A stretch of 64,000 bases of DNA from Terriglobia bacterium (lineage in GTDB: Bacteria; Acidobacteriota; Terriglobia; Acidiferrales; UBA7541). Each line of letters opens with the position of its first letter. The stretch's first letter is position 1. A program made the translations under genes and the position numbers. The stretch spans positions 4,032,001 to 4,096,000 of the forward strand of contig OY968796.1 in assembly GCA_963695545.1 (NCBI GenBank), given 5' to 3'. The notes beneath the pieces were generated by a model. That model was given only the letters and a program-made list of their open reading frames with translations, was not told the origin of the DNA and made no database searches. Of the stretch, positions 39,158-48,503 are shown in pieces.

Positions 39158-39997
39158 TCAGGACAGGTCAGGAGCGGAGTTAACGGAGTAGACGACGGGA
39201 TTCAGCGGGCTGTCAATTGTATCGCCGATTTTCACGCCGGGGCACCAGGTGTCCCAATCATTTTGCTGATGTTTATTTCTTGGCTGAATCAGGCGCATGT
39301 CCCGGTCCATGTAAATGATCGTCATCACTTCGCGCGCACGGGGCAGTTTGTTGGGACCGGCGCGATGGAAAGTGAGGCCAAGATGAAAGCTCACTTCGCC
39401 GAGATCGAACGGCGTTTCGTCGACGGGGAGATTCGAGAGTTTTAGCTGCTCGTCGATTTTCTTTTCGCTGGCATCGCTGATTTCAAGTTCACGGCCGATC
39501 TTGATTCGCTGGCTGCCGACGGAGAACATCAGCGGGCCGTTCTCCATGGGCACGGCGTGCAGAGGGATCCGTGCGGTAATCATCTTTTCGCTCGAGACGG
39601 GCCAGTAGTACTGATCGACGTGCCACGGTGTATAGCCGCCTCCCGCTTCCTTGTAGAGCGCCTGGTCATGGTAAATGCGAACGCCTTGGGTGTGAAGCAG
39701 CTCGGTGGCAATTCGCGCCAGGCGTTTCCCGGAGACAAATTCCTTCACGATACCGTTGCGGCGCCAGATGTTCATGATCTGGAGAAACGCCTTGCCGTAG
39801 GTGTTGCGATGTTCGAGCGGCTGGTAATTCGCGCTCTGCTCAAGGACTAAGCGGGCGATCTCTGCCCGGTAGTAAGAGAGTACGTCTGGGGTGAGGACGT
39901 TCTTGAGCTTAATGAAGCCGTCGTTTTGAAAGCGAGCGACTTGTTCGGGAGAGATTTTGTACTCGGAATCGATGTCGAGAGGGTGAGGCGCGGTCAT
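39158..39997 (-). CDS. PhyH-family Fe(II)/2-oxoglutarate dioxygenase
   Basis: FQNDGFIKL, HDQALYK, TPWHVDQYYWP (HxD) and TFHRAGPN (distal His). Confidence 0.9.
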   Translation of the reverse strand: MTAPHPLDIDSEYKISPEQVARFQNDGFIKLKNVLTPDVLSYYRAEIARLVLEQSANYQPLEHRNTYGKAFLQIMNIWRRNGIVKEFVSGKRLARIATELLHTQGVRIYHDQALYKEAGGGYTPWHVDQYYWPVSSEKMITARIPLHAVPMENGPLMFSVGSQRIKIGRELEISDASEKKIDEQLKLSNLPVDETPFDLGEVSFHLGLTFHRAGPNKLPRAREVMTIIYMDRDMRLIQPRNKHQQNDWDTWCPGVKIGDTIDSPLNPVVYSVNSAPDLS

Positions 39998-40144
39998 GTT
40001 CGTCAGTCGAAAGCCTTCGGATTTAGCCTGGCGCGGAGCACGTGGTCTTGCGCCCGCAACTGCCACTTATTCAATGGCTTATCTCGTCCCCATGGTGTAG
40101 CGGAAATCCCGACGCGGTGATGTTTTTCGACCGACCTGTCTGAC

Positions 40145-40198
40145 TTGACAGCGCTACCTCCATCACCTAGCCTAGCGGCGGAGTGAGCAAACGTTTGC
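40145..40198 (+). promoter_or_regulatory. Sigma70 promoter with LacI-type operator
   Basis: TTGACA 40145-40150, 17 nt, TAGCCT 40168-40173. Perfect palindrome GCAAACGTTTGC at 40187-40198. Confidence 0.8.
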
Positions 40199-40289
40199 CG
40201 CAGATGACGTCGAAAGCTTGATGACACTTGACCTTCTATACGATTTCATTCGCGTGGTAAAGGGAAGATTCGGCCTCGCGGGCGTCTGG

Positions 40290-42956
40290 ATGCGCAAAAA
40301 ACGCGCGAAGATTTGCGGTTTGGCGTTGCTGAGCTTGGTCGCTGCGTCGTGGTCGCCGCTTTTCTCGCAAGATTCCCAAACCGATCAAACCGCCAATGCG
40401 GACGCAGTGCCCTTGCAGGTGATCGTCGTGCGTACGGCGGAAGAGGCGCAAGCGGTCCTCGTCCGACTAAAGAAGGGCGAAGATTTTGGCGCGCTGGCCA
40501 AAGAGCTATCCATTGACCCGACCGCGGATGCGGGCGGCTTCATCGGTAACGTTTCGCCCAGTTCGCTGCGAGCCGAACTGAGAGACGCCTTGAGCGGCGT
40601 TGGCCCCGGACAGGTCACCGGCATCGTACAAATTCCTAGTGGCTATGCGATCCTAAAAATCATGGCGAATGGCGGCAGCGGGAAAACTTTTGGAACGTCC
40701 AGCATGGGTGAGGCGCCCGTCGATCCCGCGAGAAGTTTCGACCTGGGTGCCGGCGGTGCGGTGAAATACACGCTCCAAATTGACGGCGATAGCGAAGCCT
40801 TGGCCGTTCTGAACCATTATCCGAAGCCCGCGGGGTGGAATGCCGATCCTCACACCGTGTGCGCGATGCGCACGCAATCGATGGCGGACATGATCGCGAG
40901 ATTTAGCCGCCTGGTCGCGCCGGAGAATCTGGCGGCTCTCGAAAGCCACGGGACCATGGAAGTCATGGAAGCGCATATCGGACTCGGGCAACTTTATTCC
41001 TACCAGGGCGACTTGGCGCCCGCGATTGCGCAGTATCAAGCGGCCTACCAAATCGCGCTCTCCGACATTCCCCCTGCCGTTTCTCAGATGGAAGAATCGC
41101 TCGGAATTCTATATCTGCATAAGTCGGGAGTGGACAACGACGTGCCCCGGGCTCCGGGCGCAAGGTGTCTGTTTCCGATGCGCCCTCAGGACGCGTATAA
41201 GAACACCGCGGATTCCCAGAAGGCGGTGGAGTACTTCCTCAAATATCTCGCAAATAAGCCGGATGAATTGGAAGTCAAATGGCTGCTCAACTTGGCTTAC
41301 ATGACGATGGGAAAATACCCCGGCGGTGTTCCGCCGAAGTACCTGATTCCGCTCTCCACATTTGAATCCAAAGAAAACGTGGGGCGATTTATAGACGTGG
41401 CGCCCGCGGCTGGCCTCGATTCTTTTTCGGAAGCGGGGGGCGTGATCGTAGACGATTTCGAGAACAACGGGCGTTTCGATGTGGTGACCTCGAGCTTCGA
41501 TAGCTGCAACTCGCTGCGCTACTTTCACAACAATGGCGACGGTACATTCACCGACCAGACGGAAAAATCGGAATTGTCCGGAGTGGTCGGCGGTCTCAAC
41601 ATTATGCAGACCGACTACAACAACGACGGATGTCTCGATATCCTCGTGCTTCGCGGGGCGTGGGAGTTTCCGCAGGCCATCTCTTTGCTGCGAGGCAATT
41701 GCGACGGCACTTTCACCGACGTCACGCAAGAGAGCGGCCTGGGCGGCGTGCTGACCACTTCACAGGCGGGCGTCTGGGCCGACATCAATAATGACGGATG
41801 GCTCGATCTGTTCATCGCCAACGAAAATGGGCCTGCCAATCTGTTTCTGAACAAGGGGGACGGCACGTTTCAAGATATCGCTGAGTCCGCGGGAGTCGCC
41901 GGTGATGGCACGGCATACGCGAAAGGCGTCACCGCCGCTGACTACGACAACGACGGATTTGTGGACTTCTACGTCTCCAATATGACTGGGTCAAACTTTC
42001 TCTACCACAACAATCACGACAATACTTTCACCGACGTGGCGGAGAAGGCGGGTGTACAAGGCAACGGTAGGGGCTTCGCTACCTGGTTCTTCGATTACGA
42101 TAACGATGGATTTCCGGATATTTTCGTCAGCAGCTTCATCATTTCGGACGATGAAACCATGCGGACATATCTGGGTCTCCCCCACAACGCAACCACGCTA
42201 AAGCTTTACAAGAATCTTGGAGACGGCACATTTCGCGATGTCACGAAGGAAGTCGGGCTCGACAAGGTGTTCATGCCCATGGGAGCAAATTTCGGCGACG
42301 TCGATAATGACGGATATCCGGACATCTACCTTGGCACGGGGAGTCCCTCTTACGGTTCTCTAGTGCCTAACGTCCTGCTTCGTAACGATGAGGGCAAACA
42401 TTTCACCGACATCACGGCCTCATCCGGCACGGGCGAACTTCACAAAGGTCACGGCATCGCTTTCGCAGATCTTACGAACACCGGGAACGAAGACATCATC
42501 GCGGAGATTGGCGGAGCCACGCCGGGCGATCGCCATGCGCTGCGCCTTTTTGAAAATCCGGGCCACGACAACGATTGGATCGCCTTGAAACTTGTGGGAG
42601 TCAAAACAAATCGCGCGGCCATCGGCGCGCGCATCAAAGTTACCGTGGAGAACAAGGGCCAGGGCGTGCGCTCGATCTACAGCACCGTGGGCAGCGCCGG
42701 ATCGTTTGGCGCGTCCCCGCTTGAGCAGCACATTGGCTTGGGAAAATCGGCCACCATCCGCAGCATCGAGATTTTTTGGCCGGTCAGCGGAACGCATCAG
42801 GTTTTTTCCAACGTGGGCAAGAATCAATTCCTCCAAATTACGGAGCTGGCAGACAGCTACACGAAGCTAGACCGCAAGCCCGTGCGCCTGGGCGGACCGC
42901 GAAACAGCGTGGCCGCCATTTCTAAATCGGTGGCAGAGAGTTCCGCGTCACGGTAG
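40290..42956 (+). CDS. Parvulin-like PPIase domain + TPR + FG-GAP/ASPIC-UnbV (CRTAC1-like) fusion protein
   Basis: Signal peptide; GEDFGALAKELSIDPTADAGGFIG (rotamase); TPR helix pair; multiple DYDNDG/GDGTFTDV; TNRAAIGARI...QHIGLG...IFWP. Confidence 0.9.
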   Translation: MRKKRAKICGLALLSLVAASWSPLFSQDSQTDQTANADAVPLQVIVVRTAEEAQAVLVRLKKGEDFGALAKELSIDPTADAGGFIGNVSPSSLRAELRDALSGVGPGQVTGIVQIPSGYAILKIMANGGSGKTFGTSSMGEAPVDPARSFDLGAGGAVKYTLQIDGDSEALAVLNHYPKPAGWNADPHTVCAMRTQSMADMIARFSRLVAPENLAALESHGTMEVMEAHIGLGQLYSYQGDLAPAIAQYQAAYQIALSDIPPAVSQMEESLGILYLHKSGVDNDVPRAPGARCLFPMRPQDAYKNTADSQKAVEYFLKYLANKPDELEVKWLLNLAYMTMGKYPGGVPPKYLIPLSTFESKENVGRFIDVAPAAGLDSFSEAGGVIVDDFENNGRFDVVTSSFDSCNSLRYFHNNGDGTFTDQTEKSELSGVVGGLNIMQTDYNNDGCLDILVLRGAWEFPQAISLLRGNCDGTFTDVTQESGLGGVLTTSQAGVWADINNDGWLDLFIANENGPANLFLNKGDGTFQDIAESAGVAGDGTAYAKGVTAADYDNDGFVDFYVSNMTGSNFLYHNNHDNTFTDVAEKAGVQGNGRGFATWFFDYDNDGFPDIFVSSFIISDDETMRTYLGLPHNATTLKLYKNLGDGTFRDVTKEVGLDKVFMPMGANFGDVDNDGYPDIYLGTGSPSYGSLVPNVLLRNDEGKHFTDITASSGTGELHKGHGIAFADLTNTGNEDIIAEIGGATPGDRHALRLFENPGHDNDWIALKLVGVKTNRAAIGARIKVTVENKGQGVRSIYSTVGSAGSFGASPLEQHIGLGKSATIRSIEIFWPVSGTHQVFSNVGKNQFLQITELADSYTKLDRKPVRLGGPRNSVAAISKSVAESSASR

Positions 42957-43003
42957 CAAAGTTTTGACGTGCCGCATTTAATGCAGTCACTAGGAGCTGA
43001 CCT

Positions 43004-45025
43004 ATGTCCAACGCTACCCGACGCGACTTTTTGAAGACCCTTGGCGCTGCTGCAGCGCTTTCCGCATCAAGCCTGAACGCTTCGATCCCAGTGGCGGCTT
43101 CCACGGACGGGCTCCCAGCGACGGAATTTTTCCCCAACCGGCAACCTCTCGGTAAAGCCGCGTTTTATGCGCTTCCCTTGACCTCAGTTCGACCCAAAGG
43201 TTGGCTGTTGAAGCAGCTTGAAATTCAAGGAGGCGGGCTGGGCGGCCACCTGGATGAATTCTGGCCGGATGTGGGCCCCGATAGCGGATGGCTTGGGGGC
43301 AGCGGCGAATCCTGGGAGCGCGGCCCTTATTTCCTGGATGGACTGGTGCCCCTCGCGTACTTGCTGAACGACGATCGATTGATTGCGAAGTCCCAGAAGT
43401 GGCTGGACTGGACACTCGAAAATCAACAAGCCAACGGAATGATCGGTCCCACGAAGAACGACGACTGGTGGCCGCGCATCGTCATGCTGAAAGTCCTGAC
43501 GCAATATCAGGAAGCGACGGCAGACCCGCGCGTGATTCCGGTGATGCAAAAATACTTCGCGTCCCAACTTTCGGAATTGCCGAACCGCCCGCTGCGCGAC
43601 TGGGGCAGATATCGATGGCAGGATGAAGTTGCCAGTGTGGTGTGGCTTTACAACCGGACGGGAGACCAGGATCTGCTGCGCCTCGCGGAGATCCTTCATC
43701 AGCAAGGGTATGATTGGAACGCGCAGTTTGAGCATTTCACCTACACAAGCAAAATGACTCCGCAGGAACTCGGGCTGCACCACGGAAGCCTTCCTCCCGA
43801 TGTTGCCATGCAGGCTCACGGCGTGAATAACGCTATGGCTCTGAAGTCATCAGCACTGTGGTGGCTGGTTTCAGGCGACGAATCCTACCGAGATGGGGTT
43901 AACCGGCAGCTCGCCGCGCTCGATAAGTATCACGGCATTCCCAACGGCATGTTCAGCGCCGACGAGCATTTCGCGGGGAGAAATCCCACGCAAGGAATTG
44001 AGCTCTGCGCCGTCGTCGAGAACATGTTTTCGCACGAGCATGCGATGGCCGTGTTGGGCGATCCGTTGCTGGGCGATCGCCTGGAGAGGATCGCCTTTAA
44101 TGCCCTCCCAGGAACCTTCCGGGATGATATGTGGTCTCATCAGTACGATCAACAACCCAATCAGATTGAATGTAATTTGAGCCAGCGTCCGTGGACGTCA
44201 AACGGACCCGAATCGAATCTGTATGGTTTGGAACCCAACTTCGGCTGCTGCACGGCAAACTTTCATCAAGGGTGGCCAAAGTTTACGTCTCACCTTTGGA
44301 TGGCGGGCGCGAATGGCGGCGTTGCGGCGGTTGCGTACACGCCGTGCGAGTTGAAAACGAAGATTGGCAATGTTCCCGTGACCATCGAAGAGCGGACCGC
44401 ATATCCGTTTGATGGCGATATTCTTTTGACCGTCCGACCTCAAGTTGCTGTGCGATTCCCTCTGGCGCTGCGCGTCCCTGGCTGGGCGGAAAATCCGACT
44501 ATCCGAGTGAATGGCAAAGCCATCGAATCGGTTCGCGCCGGCAAATTCGCCGTGATCGATCGAGAATGGCAATCGAGCGACCGAGTCGAGCTGAATTTCC
44601 CGATGAAGCCAAGCGTCTCTCGTGCTTACAACAACGCCGTGGTGATTGAACGCGGTCCCATCATCTACTCGCTCGACGTTGCGACAGACTGGCGGAAGCT
44701 GAGGCCTCGCGGCATGACCGCAGATTGGGAAGCGTATCCGCAATCCGATTGGAATTACGCTTTGGATGTCAACGAGCGCACCGTCGCGGCGGCGATAGAG
44801 ATAAAAGGATCTGCTTCGGACCAAGGAATCTTCACCGCAGAAGGAGCTCCAGTAAAAATCGAGATTCAAGGCAGGAAGTTGCCGGAATGGATGGCCGCGG
44901 ATGGGTGCGCTGGAGAACTCCCGCAAAGTCCGGTATCGAGCGATCAAGCGCGAGAGACTGTGACGCTAGTCCCGTACGGCTCAGCTAAGCTGAGAATAAC
45001 GGCGTTTCCCGAACTCGCTGGATGA
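43004..45025 (+). CDS. Tat-exported GH127-like beta-L-arabinofuranosidase-domain protein
   Basis: TRRDFLK; WERGPYFLDG, HGVN, IELCAVVE, ERIAFNALP and GCCTANFHQGWPK. Confidence 0.85.
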   Translation: MSNATRRDFLKTLGAAAALSASSLNASIPVAASTDGLPATEFFPNRQPLGKAAFYALPLTSVRPKGWLLKQLEIQGGGLGGHLDEFWPDVGPDSGWLGGSGESWERGPYFLDGLVPLAYLLNDDRLIAKSQKWLDWTLENQQANGMIGPTKNDDWWPRIVMLKVLTQYQEATADPRVIPVMQKYFASQLSELPNRPLRDWGRYRWQDEVASVVWLYNRTGDQDLLRLAEILHQQGYDWNAQFEHFTYTSKMTPQELGLHHGSLPPDVAMQAHGVNNAMALKSSALWWLVSGDESYRDGVNRQLAALDKYHGIPNGMFSADEHFAGRNPTQGIELCAVVENMFSHEHAMAVLGDPLLGDRLERIAFNALPGTFRDDMWSHQYDQQPNQIECNLSQRPWTSNGPESNLYGLEPNFGCCTANFHQGWPKFTSHLWMAGANGGVAAVAYTPCELKTKIGNVPVTIEERTAYPFDGDILLTVRPQVAVRFPLALRVPGWAENPTIRVNGKAIESVRAGKFAVIDREWQSSDRVELNFPMKPSVSRAYNNAVVIERGPIIYSLDVATDWRKLRPRGMTADWEAYPQSDWNYALDVNERTVAAAIEIKGSASDQGIFTAEGAPVKIEIQGRKLPEWMAADGCAGELPQSPVSSDQARETVTLVPYGSAKLRITAFPELAG

Positions 45026-45094
45026 TCCGGCTTAGAAACGCCCGTGCTGGGGCAGAAGGTCACCGATAATTTCATCGCCCTGACTTAGCGTCCG

Positions 45095-47230
45095 TCACTG
45101 CAGCGTCGAGACTCGAATATACTCGAACTTGGCGGTGTAACCTGCGAGGTTTCCCGCGAAAAGACAGATCTTCGCCGCAGGACCCAACGCGTGGACCCAT
45201 GTCCCACTCTCAATCCAATTCACGTCATCCGCGCTGCTATACGCCGTGAAGTGCTCCTGGCCGTTTACGTTTCTCTTGACGACGCGCAGCCAGGCACTCA
45301 CACCGGTGGAGATGGCCGGGGGCCCCAAGTCGGTCGCGCCCCAGGTTGGATATCCCGGAGCCGGCGACGTTTCTGCATTGATGAATTCGATTTGGCGGGT
45401 GTCGCTGTTGGAGTATAGGTCCAGACGGACATAGTCGTTGTCGTCGCCATCGATCAACAGGCCGGCCTGGGCATAATTGAAATTGCTGCCCGTAATCGGC
45501 AGGTTGATGGTCAGTTCCGTTTCCACGATGTAATCGCCGCCGGGAGAATTTTCCGCCAGTAAAGGAACGCTTGCCATCGCGTTCGTCGTATCGAATCCAA
45601 CGGTTTGGACCTGATATCCGCTCCCCGCGAGGGTGTACGGCGGCGTGCTGTGGATAAAAGACCATTGAGCACTTAATGTTGAGCCGGTGAATGAATCCGA
45701 CAGCGCCGCGATAGCGGTGCGAGCGGCATCCTGCTTCGCCAGAACTGTAGAGTAGTCGCTGGTCCCATTAGGCTGTGCGGCTGGAAGTGGTTGCGGTGCC
45801 GCTTGATCGGAAGGTCCGAATCCGCCGCGGGCCACAGGCCAGCCGTTCACCCAGTCGATGGCATCGATATACGCAGGCCTCGCGGTGTAACCCACGTCGC
45901 CCGCGTAATACGGGCTGGTGCTTATGATTCCGTGATAAAGGATATACGTCTGGCCGGATTCATCCGTGAAGATCACATTCCCGCCTGGGCCAATGACGCT
46001 ATTGCCATTCATCTTGATCACAGGAGTCCCGCCGACGTTGGTCGCAGTCATGGATATGCCCTGAGCATCCAGGTATGGGCCCGCGGGGATGGTCGAACGG
46101 CCAACGAAGACACCGTAGCCGGAGAGCGGACCGTTGCAGCAGTTGGTCGACGATGCAAAGAGGTAGTAGTAGCCGCCTCGATACCACCAATTCCCGCCCT
46201 CGTAGCGGTTGTCGATTGCAATCTGCTGTTCGGTCGCCGGGTTCGAGGTTAGCCCGTCCGCGGATAGCTGGCGCACGAATATGCCTCCGGTAAAACTGCC
46301 GAAAAGAATCCATCTTTGGCCGGACGCGTCCTGGATTTCATCCGGATCGATCGTGGACCGATAGGCTCCGTCACAGCAGTTGGTGGCCACTGCTGGCTCC
46401 ACGACCGGACTTCCGGAATCGACAAAAGGGCCGGCCGGACTTGCGCCGGTGCCAACGCCAATCGCTGAAGCGCCGCCGGCCAGGCTCGTGGCGGAGGCTG
46501 CATAATAGAGATAGTACTGACCATTGAAGTATTTGATCGCGGGCGCCCACAAGGATGCGCCATTCACATTGGCCCAGGAAGGCAAGCTGGAGAACGCATT
46601 GCCCACGTAGGTCCAATTCACCAAGTCCGAAGACTGGAAAATGTTGATGTAGTGCGGATTCGGATCGCCTGCGTAGAGCGCGTCGCTCGTGCAATAGAGG
46701 TACCACGTGTCCACGCCGCCGCTCTGATACTTGTAAATTGCGGGGTCAGCGCAACTCACCGCCGGGAGAATATTCGTTACCTTGAGCGCGAGCGGATTGG
46801 TGTATGTCGAGGCGGCCGAGGCGCTGATGCGCACATTCGCTGCCATAGATGATGTAGAGGAGGTGTAGTTTGCATCGCCGCTATAGCTCGCTGTAATCGA
46901 GTTGGCACCGATGGGAAGCAATGTCGAAGTAAAATCTCCAACGCCGGTCGGGTCCAGGGACGCTGTGCCCAACGTCGTCAAGCCATTCGCAAAAGTGACT
47001 GTGCCAGTCGGCACGGCAGGGCCCGCGCCGGACTCTGCGGTAACTGTGGCTACAAGTTCAACCGGCAATCCCTGCGTCGAGGTCGGCGCGGATGCAGTGA
47101 GGATCACAGAACTCGCCGCGGCAGTCGGAGTCGGAATGAGACTGCTTCCACCTCCACTGGAGCATCCAGCGATGGAACCGGTAACCGCGAACAGGATCGC
47201 CGTTAGAATGAATGAAAGATGACCGCGCAT
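45095..47230 (-). CDS. Lipoprotein GH43 hydrolase (arabinanase-like) with Ig-like (Big_3-type) domain and C-terminal beta-sandwich
   Basis: Lipobox IAGC; PTGTVTF...ITASYSGDANY Ig domain; CADP, WAP, IDP, YEG and GPG motifs. Confidence 0.88.
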   Translation of the reverse strand: MRGHLSFILTAILFAVTGSIAGCSSGGGSSLIPTPTAAASSVILTASAPTSTQGLPVELVATVTAESGAGPAVPTGTVTFANGLTTLGTASLDPTGVGDFTSTLLPIGANSITASYSGDANYTSSTSSMAANVRISASAASTYTNPLALKVTNILPAVSCADPAIYKYQSGGVDTWYLYCTSDALYAGDPNPHYINIFQSSDLVNWTYVGNAFSSLPSWANVNGASLWAPAIKYFNGQYYLYYAASATSLAGGASAIGVGTGASPAGPFVDSGSPVVEPAVATNCCDGAYRSTIDPDEIQDASGQRWILFGSFTGGIFVRQLSADGLTSNPATEQQIAIDNRYEGGNWWYRGGYYYLFASSTNCCNGPLSGYGVFVGRSTIPAGPYLDAQGISMTATNVGGTPVIKMNGNSVIGPGGNVIFTDESGQTYILYHGIISTSPYYAGDVGYTARPAYIDAIDWVNGWPVARGGFGPSDQAAPQPLPAAQPNGTSDYSTVLAKQDAARTAIAALSDSFTGSTLSAQWSFIHSTPPYTLAGSGYQVQTVGFDTTNAMASVPLLAENSPGGDYIVETELTINLPITGSNFNYAQAGLLIDGDDNDYVRLDLYSNSDTRQIEFINAETSPAPGYPTWGATDLGPPAISTGVSAWLRVVKRNVNGQEHFTAYSSADDVNWIESGTWVHALGPAAKICLFAGNLAGYTAKFEYIRVSTLQ

Positions 47231-47352
47231 TGAAGCTTCCTTGCGTTGGCCGATCCAGGAAGTAGACTTTGTAGGCTGCTGCCCTGTAAGCGCCGAATTG
47301 CAACCAAGACCATCGGTGCTGCTTCGAGCCCCGTATGCTGTCTACGTCGGTT

Positions 47353-48474
47353 TCACATTGGATGTCCGCGGCCGGTCAGCTCTCGGATCAAATCTATTTC
47401 GTGCTGTCGATACGGAGTGCCGTCCTGGCGAAAAATATCGTGAAACCAGACCATCGGCTGCTCCAACACATATGGGCGCTGCCAAGAGTTCCACGGAAGA
47501 TAGGTCTGCGTCTTGCCCGCGACGAAGCCCCAATTGATTGCGCCCACGTTGTAGCGCTTTGCGATCGGCAGTGAGTTGTCAAAAGTGCTGCCCGCGCCGC
47601 GCGCCATGTACTCCGTGCAAATGATCGGCCGCCCCAGCGGGAGTAGCTCCTTAATGCGCGCCTCAAATGCCTCCGGCCAATCGTAGTTGTGGAAGGTAAT
47701 GATGTCGGATTCCGCGAGCTGGATCTTGGTCGTGGCGCTTTCTCGATCCGCGTGCGACCAGTCCCCGCTCCAGACGCCGCTCGTGAGCGGTTGAATCGGA
47801 TGCTCAGCTCTCGCCCAAGCGAAAGCTTTTGGCAACAGGGCATCGACCAACTCCACTTTGTTGGGAGGTTCCTCAGACTTGTAAACGCCGTTGACGTTGT
47901 CGGGTTCGTTCCACACGTCCCACGCGAGAATGCGCTTGTCATTCGCGAATGCGCCCACCACGCCCAGCACGTAGGCTTCGAGTTTTGGCTCGTATACGGG
48001 ATCGGAGAGACCCTTCGCGCCTGGGCTCTGGACCCAGCCGGAGTTATGCACGCCGGGAATCGGCGGATGCTGCGGCCCCAGTTTAGGCAGCGGATCCCAA
48101 CAGGAATCGAAGAGCACAAAGATCGGCCGGATGCCGTGGCGCGATGCGATCGTCAGAAATTCGTCGAGACGTTTCGTGAATCCGGCAGGGTCCTGTTCCC
48201 AGAGTTGATCCTGCAGGAAAACGCGCATCGTGTTCATGCCGATGCTCTCGGCCCAGCCCAACTCCTTGTCATTCAGTTGCGGATTCCATGTGGCGGCCTG
48301 GAACATTTCAAGCTGGTTGATCGCGTCCGACGGCACAAAATTCGACCCGACCAGCCACGGCTGTTGCGCGTACCAGGCGTTAGCTTGTTCGGCCGTCCAA
48401 CGAGCGGGTTCCTGCGCGAATGCGCCCGTTGCCGCAAACAGGGCCGCAAGCAATATGAACGATCTGAGTTTCAT
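47353..48474 (-). CDS. Secreted clan GH-A (GH5-like) glycoside hydrolase
   Basis: Signal peptide; GMNTMRVFL, WDVWNEP (acid/base), FHNY and CTEY (nucleophile). Confidence 0.85.
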   Translation of the reverse strand: MKLRSFILLAALFAATGAFAQEPARWTAEQANAWYAQQPWLVGSNFVPSDAINQLEMFQAATWNPQLNDKELGWAESIGMNTMRVFLQDQLWEQDPAGFTKRLDEFLTIASRHGIRPIFVLFDSCWDPLPKLGPQHPPIPGVHNSGWVQSPGAKGLSDPVYEPKLEAYVLGVVGAFANDKRILAWDVWNEPDNVNGVYKSEEPPNKVELVDALLPKAFAWARAEHPIQPLTSGVWSGDWSHADRESATTKIQLAESDIITFHNYDWPEAFEARIKELLPLGRPIICTEYMARGAGSTFDNSLPIAKRYNVGAINWGFVAGKTQTYLPWNSWQRPYVLEQPMVWFHDIFRQDGTPYRQHEIDLIRELTGRGHPM

Positions 48475-48503
48475 GACAGTCTCCTAATTCATCTTGACGC
48501 AAG

